From Octopus bimaculoides (taxonomy: Eukaryota), in the NCBI RefSeq assembly GCF_001194135.2, contig NC_068985.1, positions 108,766,243 to 108,821,373 on the forward strand: a DNA stretch of 55,131 nucleotides. The letters run 5' to 3'. The position numbers and the translations under genes were made by a program. Shown in pieces: positions 24,469-37,417 of this stretch (positions are counted from its first letter, which is position 1; each line of letters opens with the position of its first letter). A model generated the notes under the pieces. It worked only from the letters and a program-made list of their open reading frames with translations. It searched no databases and was not told the origin of the DNA.

Positions 24469-26279
24469 TTGATATATTTCAAAGGAAAGAGGTGCAGGAG
24501 AAGAAGACGTGTATTAGTACTTGCTGGAGGGCTGTCGAAAAGGTGTATTTTCTGCAGAAAAGTGGAGCAGGCAGAAACGTGGTGGCAGGTCGTATATTGT
24601 ATAAGTGAGACTTAATCCCGGGCATTAAAAGAATGAGCAGAAGAGCCTCCAAGGCAGATAAGAAAGAATCTAGATGGCTGTAGCTGAGAGGATGTGATCG
24701 GATGGGTCAACAGTATGGTCTTTGGACACAGACCTAGACTTGTACACACTAAGTCGGACCGCTTGGATGACGGTGCATATTGTAAAACCTGAAATACCAA
24801 CTTCAGGATAAAACACTGATGCTATATTTAAGTATGGCAGCTGCAGATGTATCTAAAATTATATATATGTAGTATACTAAAGTCATATACAATAATAGCT
24901 ATTGGACAAATCTGCTCTGGGAGAAAAATATGAACAAAGTAATTTTTATGTTGGGTATATTTATACATTTCAATCTAAGTAATATTTGTAGAATATTCAA
25001 AACAATGGTTCTGCTAAATGTAAATACAACCAGACTGATTGAGTTATTTGGTACACGAAACAAATTCTGTATTATTGTAGATAGTAGCTCCCCAGTGCAT
25101 GCGGAAATTTTATTTACCATTAATGAGAAAGGAGACATTTATGGTCAAATACTTTGAAACTTAGAACTTGTCTAGACAGGTAATAAATTTATATTTTACC
25201 AAAATATCACTCAAATTTGGCTAAAATTTTAAATGTTTTAATAATAATGGGAGTGCTGGCGTTTTCAGTAAACTAAACACGCCGAACAAATCATATTCTA
25301 TGAATTCACACAATAAGTGGAGCATCGAGTATATACAAATATTTTACCGAAATTCAACAAGCTACAGATTTCTATTGTAGCAACGTAAATAAATTCCAAT
25401 GCATATATGCAGATTTGGGAAACTATATATACACTGACATAGACACATAATGAACATACACGTAGTAATTCATATGCGTAGAAAGCTACATTTATATACG
25501 TGCATATGCATGTATATAAATCATTTGTATTTAATCATTTGTATGCATTTAAATGCTTTCTGAAATCATTTGTATGTTTTCAAATGCTTTCTGAAATGAA
25601 CATACATTTCATTCTAATGGATCTCAGGAAGCTATGAGTTGTTGTACAAACACTCAACTGTTACTGCAATGTACCGTACAATGGATAAAGCTATAAGCTA
25701 ATCAAGCTGATTTCTTAATTCTTGTTCCTTGCTCATTCAATAATTTACATTACGCTCTTTACTCACCCAGTACTTTATTCTATAGCATGTGTAGATTGAG
25801 TTCTAACTACTGGCTATTCATGTCGTTATGCCTAAGCAAATTCATTAGTTTATGTAGTCGGGTGTATGTATGAAGAAGTGTGATCTATTCGTTAGAAAGT
25901 GGGTGGTGCGTTTCATTTTTGAGCAAAGCACCACATCTGACGTTGTCTAGTCAGCAGTGTGACAGCATGTGGTTTATAAGAACAAATAATAGTCTCATTG
26001 ATGCAACGATATTGAAAAGCAAATATATATATATATATATTCATATATATATATATATATATANNNNNNNNNNNNNNNNNNNNNNNNNNNNNNNNNNNNN
26101 NNNNNNNNNNNNNNNNNNNNNNNNNNNNNNNNNNNNNNNNNNNNNNNNNNNNNNNNNNNNNNNNNNNNNNNNNNNNNNNNNNNNNNNNNNNNNNNNNNTA
26201 GAATTAGAGCTTGAGCAGACAAATTTCGGGTCTTGTGTCAAGAGTAGAAAAGAACATTATTATTAATAGTAGCAGAAAA

Positions 26280-26475
26280 CGGTGAGCTGGCAGAATTGTT
26301 GGCACGCTGGACGAAGCACTTACCGGTAATTCGACTGTCGCTACGTTCTGAGTTCAAATTTCGTCGAAGTCGACTTTGCTTTTAATTCTTCTGAGGTCGA
26401 TGAATTAAGTACCAGTGAAACACTAGGGACGATGTAATCGAGTAGCCACAAAGTTAAGGGCTTGTACCTCCTGTA
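26280..26475 (+). mobile_element. SINE family B
   Basis: CGGTGAGCTGGCAGAATTGTTGGCACGC...GAGTTCAAATT...GTCGACTTTGC, matching the other B copies. Confidence 0.8.
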
Positions 26476-26890
26476 GAAAGGATTACTATTATTATTATTA
26501 GTAGTAGTAGTGTATCTGGCAGTCCTTTCAAGCAGATAAGTATCCAACAGAAAAGAACAAAACATATATCAAAATTTCTTGTTTCTATTCACAGAGTGTT
26601 TCTGTTTAGATTGAATACATTTATCAGTAGATGACTGAAGCCTTCCTCTCCAGAATATAGAAGAAAAAAAACAATAAAAAACAAAACTTTAGTGTAATTG
26701 GAATCTAGTGATAGTCTGCATCATCCCTATCACAAAAAAGCACATAATACAATAATGAAATAAGATAATTTCTCTGCTGTTGTGCCGTGAGAAGGGGAAA
26801 TTTCTTAAGTCTCAAGACATTTACTTGCGAGACCTGTGACGGTGACGAAGATAAAGGATTGTGGAGATATACTCGCATTTATCTACGTTT

Positions 26891-26932
<42 letters not shown>

Positions 26933-26950
26933 NNNNNNNNNNNNNNNNNG

Positions 26951-27002
<52 letters not shown>

Positions 27003-27157
27003 TATGTTTGTGTGTGTTTATATGTGCATAAATATAGACTCATATGTATTCATATTATACGTGAATTTATGTATGCGCGTTGTTATATACATACACATAC
27101 ACACACATACCTACATACATACATACGCACACACACACACACATATGCATATATGTA

Positions 27158-27762
27158 TATGAGGAAAGTAAAAAATTATCCGCACTTTCGCCATAGCATA
27201 TCATCATTATTATTGTCACACTACCTTCTGCGCATGCGTGCCTGTAGTTGGATCTATTGTTGTTACGTGATCGAAATTTGGGTCCACTAGCAATGTGCAC
27301 CAAAGAACAAACAGCAGTGATCTCAGAGATGGTAATGGTGAACCTGTTCACCATCACTGTCTCTCGAGTTTCTTGAATCTTCTCACCGGTGTTGGAGTTT
27401 GACGGGCGTCGTTCCCCCTCTTCGTGCGGCACTTTTAAACTCCTCTATTCACTCATACAGACTTCTACGCGGCAGTGCACTGCCCCAGTATTGTGTTAAA
27501 AGCCTCGGATGAATTTCAGCACCTGACATACATTCCGACCAATGAAATCGAATCATTGCTCTTTGTTCTTCTTTTTGCACATCGCTAGTGGAGTGGCCAT
27601 GCTTACACTGTAAAGCCAGAAAGAAAAAATGTTGCTATGAGGCTCAAACTTTGATCACGTGACAACAACAGTACCAAATATAAGAGCGCATGCACAGAAA
27701 GCGTGAGATTATAATAGAAATATGTTATGGCCTAAGTGCGTTTAATTTTTGCCTATGGTATA
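27158..27762 (-). mobile_element. Internally deleted mariner element with degenerate TIRs
   Basis: Minus ATG at 27600: MATPLAMC/KEEQRAMIRFHWSECMSGAEIHPRLLTQYWGSALPRRSLYE*IEEFKS/PHEEGERRPSNSNTGEKIQETRETVMVNR, a mariner HTH region. Ends TATGAGG...AAAAATTATCCGCACT (27158-27186) and AGTGCGTTTAATTTTTG (27735-27751) are partly inverted. Confidence 0.75.
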
Positions 27763-28052
27763 TTCTGTTAGGAACGGTGATTTGCCAACAGTCCTTCAGC
27801 AACAACACACACTGATAAACTCAGTGACTACTACTAAATTCAGGCGACGACAAACAGATAGGATGTTCTTGAAGCCGAGATTTTGAACTTACGGAGACGA
27901 TATTTACATGTCACCAGAGGAAACAGAACTAGATCGCATAATGCAGAGAAGCGGTTGCATAATCAGGTACGTGCACGCCTGGAGAACTACGTTGCGTGGA
28001 AACAATTGAAGTGAATAAAAAATGTCCAATTGTTGACTCCATTTTTTTCAGT

Positions 28053-28143
<91 letters not shown>

Positions 28144-28262
28144 GTAGAAATAGATAAATAGAGAAGTTACATTTTTTTTATTAGCCACACAGGGCTTTAC
28201 ACAGAGAGGACAAATACAATGTGGAGCTTTTCTTTTTGGGAGGAGGAAGGAGAGAGAAAGAC

Positions 28263-28264
<2 letters not shown>

Positions 28265-28340
<76 letters not shown>

Positions 28341-28342
28341 GA
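28265..28342. repeat. (GATA)n microsatellite
   Basis: Direct reading. Confidence 0.95.
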
Positions 28343-28803
28343 ATGATGTATAGATGCATGCATGCATTGATGGCTACATGGATCTTTGTTACAAATCCTA
28401 GCATTCCTTTATAGAGGTCGTACAATATCTTTTGGAGATGGACGGAAAGGGGAAAAAATATGAAACAAATCAAACATCTGTTTTCGCTTTTACAATATTT
28501 CTCGATATTTCGGGGTTAAAGAATCTCTACAAAACAAAACGAAGATTTCTAAGAAGGTGATATATTTCAGAAAGCTTTTTGTGCAAAAGATATCTCCTCC
28601 CCGCCGTCTTCTCCTACTGTTGATAAAATAGTTTTATCCTTGAAAAATTGAGGGCTAAGATATGACTATAAACTACAGTTTTATTCTGTTTTATTTCTGT
28701 TTCTATTCCTTTATCTCCAACTTGCATTGTACTGGCTTTCTACAACAACGTTAATAATTTTATCTCTCTCCTGTAATACTTCATACATGTATTTGCACGT
28801 GCC

Positions 28804-28879
<76 letters not shown>

Positions 28880-29441
28880 CATACATGTATGTATGTATGT
28901 ATGTATGTATATATGTGTGTGTTGGAATATTTGGAAATAAAATTCATATGTATGTATAACTTACACACATATACACGTACACACGAGCGCGCACGCACAC
29001 CCACACACCCATATACATTTCTATGTATGAACACATTCTTTCACATTATCAAGATATTCTTTAAAAATATTCTACTGAAGTGCCATTAACTCACTAGGTA
29101 AGCACTTAAATATTGGAAGCTTCACTAGAGTATTGTTGTAAATTTTGTATCTCCACAAATTTTGTAAACGTTAAAGGTTTTCAAACATGGCGCTTTATCT
29201 ATATATATCTTCAAATTATTTGTTTGAACGTAAGTTTGTTTCTTTATCTACAGGAAACTTCCAAAGGTAAATGATGCAGCTTCTTTATCTCTGTTTCTTA
29301 CGGAGCACCGTGAGAATCAGAAACTTTCTGTTCTTTGCCATATCAATATCTGATTTATCTTATTTACTTGCTAATATATATCGTTGATAATCCCGATTCA
29401 ACCACGCACATAAACACACGGATGAGCACATACAGAAATGC

Positions 29442-29503
<62 letters not shown>

Positions 29504-29549
29504 ATATATATATGTATGTATGTGTATATATATATATATATATACATTC

Positions 29550-29638
<89 letters not shown>

Positions 29639-29639
29639 C

Positions 29640-29968
29640 GCAGGCGCAGCAGAGTGGTAAGGAGCTTGCTTCCCAAAGATATTGTACCGTGTTCAGTCCC
29701 ACTGCGAGGCAGCTTGGGCATCTGTCTCTTACTAGAGCAAAACCTTCTGAATGGATATATATGGATAATATATACATGTATATGTAAATATCTACGTCTT
29801 TGTGTGTGCGTCTTTGTGATTGTGTTTATTCCCCACCACCGGCAAAAGTGACATGGAATTAATACCGGACTTTTAAAAAAGTAACTCCTGGGGTCACTTT
29901 TGATTGGCTAAAACCATTTAAGGCGGTGTCTCAGCATGGCCGCAGTCAACTGACTGAAATAAATAACA
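29640..29968 (+). mobile_element. SINE family A, diverged copy with A-rich tail
   Basis: GTTCAGTCCCACTGCG...CTTGGGCA head, internal TA/TG repeat and CAGCATGGCCGCAGTCAA...TGACTGAAA tail, shared with the other A copies. Confidence 0.7.
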
Positions 29969-30060
29969 GAAGAAAAAAAAAAAAAAAAAAAAAAAAAANN
30001 NNNNNNNNNNNNNNNNNNNNNNNNNNNNNNNNNNNNNNNNNNNNNNNNNNNNNNNNNNNN

Positions 30061-30100
<40 letters not shown>

Positions 30101-30649
30101 CATACATACCCTTCAGACTGACTCTCAAAGCACCCTACCGCTGACCACCTCAACTACGCCCATGCAAAAATACAACTGCACAAAAGATGACCACCACCGT
30201 TACCTTAGCTGCTGAATTCTTGCTACAACATTTATAGACACAAAGATCACTAACATATACACATATAAACAGTTTATACCACACACAACACACGCACACA
30301 TACACACACACACAAACACACACACATATATACACATGCTATTATACATACGCGTGCGCACATACCCATACATACACACATGCCTCCTTTTCTTACACTC
30401 TCTTATCTTAGAAAGAACTTTTTCTTTGTGCATCCCCTTCCCATCATTCCAAAATCTAACTACATGTGGAGTGTGGGCGATTTTTCCCCTCCGTCTTCCC
30501 ATTCTCTTGGACTTACCTCTGTGTCTCCTGTTTCTGAAGTAGAGTTTTGCTCGAAACGTAATCACCCGTTCTTTCCTTCCCTGAGCGTCTAATTAATATT
30601 TTGCATGTACCACGTACTCGCGCTGTTTCTTTTCTTGTGTTTTTCTTCG

Positions 30650-30695
<46 letters not shown>

Positions 30696-31499
30696 NNNNN
30701 NNNNNNNNNNNNNNNNNNNNNNNNNNNNNNNNNNNNNNNNNNNNNNNNNNNNNNNNNNNNNNNNNNNNNNNNNNNNNNNNNNNNNNNNNNNNNNNNNNNN
30801 NNNNNNNNNNNNNNNNNNNNNNNNNNNNNNNNNNNNNNNNNNNNNNNNNNNNNNNNNNNNNNNNNNNNNNNNNNNNNNNNNNNNNNNNNNNNNNNNNNNN
30901 NNNNNNNNNNNNNNNNNNNNNNNNNNNNNNNNNNNNNNNNNNNNNNNNNNNNNNNNNNNNNNNNNNNNNNNNNNNNNNNNNNNNNNNNNNNNNNNNNNNN
31001 NNNNNNNNNNNNNNNNNNNNNNNNNNNNNNNNNNNNNNNNNNNNNNNNNNNNNNNNNNNNNNNNNNNNNNNNNNNNNNNNNNNNNNNNNNNNNNNNNNNN
31101 NNNNNNNNNNNNNNNNNNNNNNNNNNNNNNNNNNNNNNNNNNNNNNNNNNNNNNNNNNNNNNNNNNNNNNNNNNNNNNNNNNNNNNNNNNNNNNNNNNNN
31201 NNNNNNNNNNNNNNNGATGAGGCACGGAACCGAGAGAGACAAAGTGGTGGCGTGCGTTGCTTGGCGAAAGCCAAGGAAGGAAAGGATTATTGACCGGAAG
31301 CATGTGACCATGCCGGTGTAAGGGGAAGAGAGAGAGTGGTAGAGGGAGAAAGAGAGGGAGGAAGTAGAAGAATAGGTGAGCAACGAGAGGAAAAGAGAAA
31401 GAGAGGAAATACGAGGGGGAAAAGGAGATACGTAGTAGTAACATAGGAAAAACAAGAGGGGTAAGGCGAGATACGTAGTAGTACAGAGGAAGAACGCAG

Positions 31500-31668
31500 C
31501 TCAGGCGTAGCTGGCTGTTAAGAAGTATTCTTCTCAACCACACGGTTCCAGATTCAGTCTCACAGCGTAGCAACTTGGGCAGGTGTCTTCTACTATAGCC
31601 TCGAGTCGACCAAATCATTTTGAGTGGATTTGGTAGACGAAAACTGAAAGAAGCCTGTCGTATATATA
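31500..31668 (+). mobile_element. SINE family A head, interrupted by a mariner element
   Basis: CTTGGGCAGGTGTCTTCTACTATAGCC...GGATTTGGTAGACG matches family A. Ends in the TA repeat where the mariner begins. Confidence 0.75.
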
Positions 31669-32336
31669 TTGGGTCATCCCGTAAATAATGCGGTGTTTTC
31701 AATTGCATCAAATAAAAGTCAGAGGTGCGGCAGGATAAACTACCTGCATTAACTTGTTATAAAAGCAGGTAGTGATTTTACCTTCTGTACTTATTCCTAG
31801 TTTTGAAGAGAGCAGTTCGATTTTAACAGTTATTTTTCGAAGCTATAATTGAAGTGACAAAGGAGCATATTCGGCATATTTTACGTTATGAGTTCAATAA
31901 AGGCAATGCAACGGAAAGTGCGAGGAATATTAATGCAGTATATATGGATCGGACATTAAGTGTAAGCCAATATCAACGGTGTTTCTAGAAATTCCAAGCC
32001 GGAAACTACAGCCTAGAAGACAAGCCTCATCCTGGAAGATCTGTAGAGCTCAACGAGGACGTCCTGCAAACCATTCATTGACACCTGCGTGCCATCGGAA
32101 AAGTCAGCAAGTTGGGTCAATGGGTTTCTCACAAACTTTCCGAGTCTAATCGCGTGCACGGAGTGGAAGTGTATTCTTCTTTGCTGTCACGTCTCACAAT
32201 TAACTTTTTTTGGCTCCATTAGTGACTGGTGACAAGAAACGGGTTCTCTATAAAAATGTCAAGCGCCGAAAACAGTAGATAGGGAAAGGAGAAACCAGGC
32301 GCCCCATGATAAAGAAGATCTTCACCTACATAAATT
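31669..32336 (+). mobile_element. Mariner transposase remnant (Hsmar1/SETMAR-like), 5' TIR present, 3' end lost
   Basis: From 31851: EVTKEHIRHILRYEFNKGNATESARNINAVY...F*KFQAGNYSLEDKPHPGRS...HLRAIGKVSKLGQWVSHKLSE...; frameshifted LVTGDKKRVLY corresponds to IVTCDEKWILY. TIR-like TTGGGTCATCCCGTAAATAATGCGG follows a TA dinucleotide. Confidence 0.88.
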
Positions 32337-33699
32337 GTCGTTGTTGTTATTATTATTATCATTATTAAATTTATTATTATTATTATTATTATCTATCTAT
32401 TTATTTATTTATTACTATTATTATTTCAATAGCGTTGTGCTGGTTTTATCGTTGAACACATGCGAATCGACCACCTTTACGAAGAAGCTGGCGATTTCGA
32501 ACCCTTTAATTTTGTGTGTGTATAATGATGAGAAATATTCAAGAATAGTAGCTTGAAATAAGAACATCAGAATTTGAAACTAATAGTTGTCCTGAAATTA
32601 ATGACCGTAACAAATTCTTTTGAGTGTCATCGGCAACTGTATGTAGAATCTTGTTATATTCTATACGTATATACGACTGAGAATCAATGCTCCTCATGAT
32701 AGTTAATCAGGGCCCCAGACAAAATTCTCTTTCCTTGCATCCATTTGTTACGTCTTTGTTGATGAATATGGTCTGTGGGCTCTAAAGTGTCTTCTGATGT
32801 GATTTCCTATCAGCGTTGATTCCTATATACTTCTTCAAGTTACAGACATTCACAGGCAATGGGTGTCCATGCTCGGACGTGTCACTACACTAGTCTTGTA
32901 TATTTCAAATGCTTCAGAACTCTGACTACTGTCAAACGTATATAATTGCCTTAACTGTGAACGTAGTAGTGCTTTCTACTAGACCTATGATTTACTAAGG
33001 AATTACCAAGGATTACATCACTCTTATTGTCTGATATCGTATCAGGCGCCATCCCAGAATTCAGAAGTCCCTATGCTATTGCGAAATAATCGTTGACGTA
33101 CGGTTGGTTTTATTCGTCCTTTTAACAGATATTGCTTTTGTTCAGATCGGTTTCTGACAAAACTCTTCAATTAGCAAGTCTAGTAGGGGAACTGACTGTC
33201 TGAACATACACTAGTGGTACCAGCCTATCTGACAAAATTCTCTATGGATATAAATTCTATATAGATGCATATAAAGATTGTGAATGCCAAAGTAAATTTA
33301 AGTTTTATTACTTTGAAACAGTTTTACCAAGGTCGAAATCTACAATATCTATTGATGATAATGAGTTTAAATATGCGTGTATTCCATGTAAGTAAGGTTA
33401 AGGTAGAACATGCCACCAAGATTTGGTTTCTCTTGAGGAATTGCCAATCCCAAAACATAAGATTCTTCTTTCTCTCACCAGCAACGATCGCATTGAAAGT
33501 CATGAACTTCAATGTACAAAGTTTGCTAACGCAAACCAATATGCACATAATCCATCATTTTTTTTTATAGATAATTATCATTAATTTCGTGAAGTTTCAC
33601 TATGAAGAACTCAAATGCTATAAATAATCAATACATAAATTCGCCGTTACTCACTTCCAAAAATGCGTGCTCATCACCTTTTTCATCACCAATATAAAT

Positions 33700-34095
33700 T
33701 ATTAACTATCTACAAATATCGAGCTTAGTGATACTGAAAAGCGATTAGTTAATGATTTCATAGTAAAATGTGCTAAAGCTGCTTTAAGAAGAGCTCAATT
33801 ACCTGAACGGAAAATATTCATGTTTAGACACTAAAATCAGATAATTAGACTACAACCCAGTACATAAAATATTTAGAGGTAGATGAAACAGATATGAGAC
33901 AGGTAACAGGAATATAGGTATCATAATTAAAAACATGTTCTAGAGAAGACTAAGGTTGTTATGATATTAAGACTAAACCGAATGCCCGAAATGCAATTAT
34001 ACATCGGCTCCTCCAAACACGACAATATTAATTAGTACGATAAATTAGAAATGAAGCAAAGTGATGAGAAGACTAAAAGATTAAGTGACTCCTTA
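33700..34095 (+). mobile_element. Possible decayed R4/RLE-type LINE RT fragment
   Basis: Frameshifted pieces IKYLEVDE, KPNARNAI and DEKTKRL resemble YKYLG, LNARNKI and DRKTRK motifs; by-eye similarity only. Confidence 0.4.
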
Positions 34096-34415
34096 AGATT
34101 ATGCAGATAGGGGATACTTAATACGTGAAACACAGATAGAGAAATATATAGAATTGGTTAAATAATTTTCAGATGCAAAGAAAATTAAACTGATTAGAAT
34201 AAGACAAAATACCTAGTACTCTATTTTGTATTTTGTCCCCTCTGTGTCCAGCCCTGTGTGGCTAATAAAAAAACATATGTGTGTGTTTGTTTGTTTGTGT
34301 GTGTGTGTTTCTGTGTATTTTGTGTGTGTGTATGTGTAAGCATATATACACGTATGTATGTGATTGTATACATACATACAAACATATATATATACATATA
34401 TACATGCATACATAC

Positions 34416-34446
<31 letters not shown>

Positions 34447-35712
34447 ATAGAAAACAAAAATTAATTACAGCTAAAGCGAAAATGTAATATCTAATTAACA
34501 TCAAACAACACTGAGACTCACCTGGAAAGGAGAAATTTTCCATTTTCAGTATCCTGACAAAGTGGATACACAAAAACGCTAACTTATATGAAAGATTATA
34601 AGAGATAAGAAGAAAAACTCTTGAACGAATAATATACGAAAATACTGTCGATTTTTTTGCTGTCTAATCACACAAATGTGCTATAAATAAATCATTTTGC
34701 GAACAAAACTGACATAAAATACTGACTATGATAAATAGATCTCACTATTTGTTTCTGACTAGTTTCTACGAAGACAAAATATATCTGTTATAGTCACCAA
34801 GTAAATAACTATATGAATTAATCGATGGCAAGATACTTGGGCATGAACACTGAGAACACCTCGTTTAAGTACAAACCAAATCTCGAATAGGGCAACGATG
34901 GTTCGTAACTTACATGGGTATAACTATAAATCAATTTCTAATACAGACACAAAGCGTAAAATTTGAGGAGGCTGGAATGATTTTTGTGAGAGAGAATGTT
35001 CAGCAAGTTAACAATAGAAAGCACCCCAGAAAGGCTTAATATTGTGTAGGATAAAAACAAAAGAGGGCCACATATTTGGTGCGGAGGGAAACATCGATTA
35101 TATTTACGAAATAATTGATTGGTAGGCGACGAGATGGCGAATTGTTAGCACGTCGGACAAAGTGTTTAGGAGCACTTCTCTCGAATCTTCAATCGCTCAT
35201 CCCTACGAGGTCGACAATATAAAGCACCAGTCAATTCCTGGAAGGTGATGTAACCAGATTGTCCCTTCCCCATTAAAATCACTAAACTAAAATCTGCAAC
35301 GGATCGGCGTCCACGTCCGACGAATATTGAGATCTCGATCATGTATACGCCAGGGAAACCAAGTAGACGGCCCTATGTATCCTAGTTCCCAAAAGAAATT
35401 AATTTATGTATTATTCTATTGGCATCACTCATGAAAGCTAACATCGAACACGACGAAATTTGAACACAAAACATAAACCGGCATGATAATCTATCAACCG
35501 ATTCTAACAAACAACTGAACAAAATCGCTTTCTAAGTTATTTATCATAATTATCTGCCGAGCGAAACATTTCTTTTTCTTAAACAAAATAAAAACAATCC
35601 CACCCATTAATATTTTTTTATCCGTCTTTGTTGATAACATTGAATGATCGTGTTTTGGCTTTCTTTTTATTTAGTTATCTACAAGGTGTTCCGAAAGCCT
35701 TGACACTAGTTT

Positions 35713-35962
35713 TAAATATTGTTTTAATTTTCTATTATGAAGGAGAGTTTCGCAAGAGCGATACCAGAATACCTAACAGTTGAAGGACGCTGTTTCGGCA
35801 ACCATTGCAATAATCAGCAAAGCGCAGCTTCGTAAAATATCACACAGGACATGGCGCCACATCATTTTGTGTCAGGAAAATGATGGTGTTTATACAGACC
35901 TTCTCCATGTGTGACAGTGTCCATGTCAATGAAAGTGAATATGCTAAAACCAGTACATGTGT
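35713..35962 (+). mobile_element. Tc1/mariner 3'-end fragment
   Basis: Translates QLKDAVSATIAIISKAQLRKISHRTWRHIILCQENDGVYTDLLHV*, like a transposase C-terminus. An inverted homologue lies at 6199-6450. Confidence 0.6.
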
Positions 35963-36236
35963 TTGATATTATTTTATTGTTCCTTTATTGCTATTATTAC
36001 GGCTCGGTAGGTGTGACAAGACTTTAGGACCACCGTATATGTTTAATGTATTAATGCATTTAATGTCTGGTTCAGTTATTTATTTGTATTACATCTACCT
36101 TCAAATTTACTTAACAAGCTGAAATTTTTCCGAAGTCTACATCCATCCTAGAAAAAATTGGTAACCATGATTTTAGCAGAGAGAAATAAATTTAGAGAAT
36201 GGAGAATAAAAAAAGCAAACAATGGGTGAGAGAACG

Positions 36237-36272
<36 letters not shown>

Positions 36273-37151
36273 NNNNNNNNNNNNNNNNNNNNNNNNNNNN
36301 NNNNNNNNNNNNNNNNNNNNNNNNNNNNNNNNNNNNNNNNNNNNNNNNNNNNNNNNNNNNNNNNNNNNNNNNNNNNNNNNNNNNNNNNNNNNNNNNNNNN
36401 NNNNNNNNNNNNNNNNNNNNNNNNNNNNNNNNNNNNNNNNNNNNNNNNNNNNNNNNNNNNNNNNNNNNNNNNNNNNNNNNNNNNNNNNNNNNNNNNNNNN
36501 NNNNNNNNNNNNNNNNNNNNNNNNNNNNNNNNNNNNNNNNNNNNNNNNNNNNNNNNNNNNNNNNNNNNNNNNNNNNNNNNNNNNNNNNNNNNNNNNNNNN
36601 NNNNNNNNNNNNNNNNNNNNNNNNNNNNNNNNNNNNNNNNNNNNNNNNNNNNNNNNNNNNNNNNNNNNNNNNNNNNNNNNNNNNNNNNNNNNNNNNNNNN
36701 NNNNNNNNNNNNNNNNNNNNNNNNNNNNNNNNNNNNNNNNNNNNNNNNNNNNNNNNNNNNNNNNNNNNNNNNNNNNNNNNNNNNNNNNNNNNNNNNNNNN
36801 NNNNNNNNNNNNNNNNNNNNNNNNNNNNNNNNNNNNNNNNNNNNNNNNNNNNNNNNNNNNNNNNNNNNNNNNNNNNNNNNNNNNNNNNNNNNNNNNNNNN
36901 NNNNNNNNNNNNNNNNNNNNNNNNNNNNNNNNNNNNNNNNNNNNNNNNNNNNNNNNNNNNNNNNNNNNNNNNNNNNNNNNNNNNNNNNNNNNNNNNNNNN
37001 NNNNNNNNNNNNNNNNNNNNNNNNNNNNNNNNNNNNNNNNNNNNNNNNNNNNNNNNNNNNNNNNNNNNNNNNNNNNNNNNNNNNNNNNNNNNNNNNNNNN
37101 NNNNNNNNNNNNNNNNNNNNNNNNNNNNNNNNNNNNNNNNNNNNNNNNNNN

Positions 37152-37199
<48 letters not shown>

Positions 37200-37257
37200 T
37201 ACATATATTCATTTATACATATACATACATATACACACATATAGTTTACTAGATCTG

Positions 37258-37336
37258 TATACTCTCCACTACTTCAACCATCGTGGCCGTGCTGAGATCT
37301 GTCGCATGCTGTTTGCAGCGGCTGGTGTCCAGTACA
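37258..37336 (+). pseudogene. Orphan 79-bp copy of gene B exon 1 ([26 protein letters not shown]), no start codon or donor
   Basis: Identical to 38035-38113 and carries the gene-B-specific synonymous bases; embedded in TA/CA microsatellite. Confidence 0.85.
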
Positions 37337-37377
37337 TATATGACTTATTTGAATGTAAATGTAGACACACACATATG

Positions 37378-37417
<40 letters not shown>

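Noticed and set aside
25520-25600. Short tandem duplication AATCATTTGTATG...AAATGCTTTCTGAA
   Set aside because: A two-copy local slippage in AT-rich intergenic DNA; no spacer structure, so not CRISPR-like.
31216-31500. Minus-strand frame TGMVTCFRSIILSFLGFRQATHATTLSLS next to a gap
   Set aside because: It may be a repeat-derived ORF fragment, but it is too short and gap-truncated to assign.
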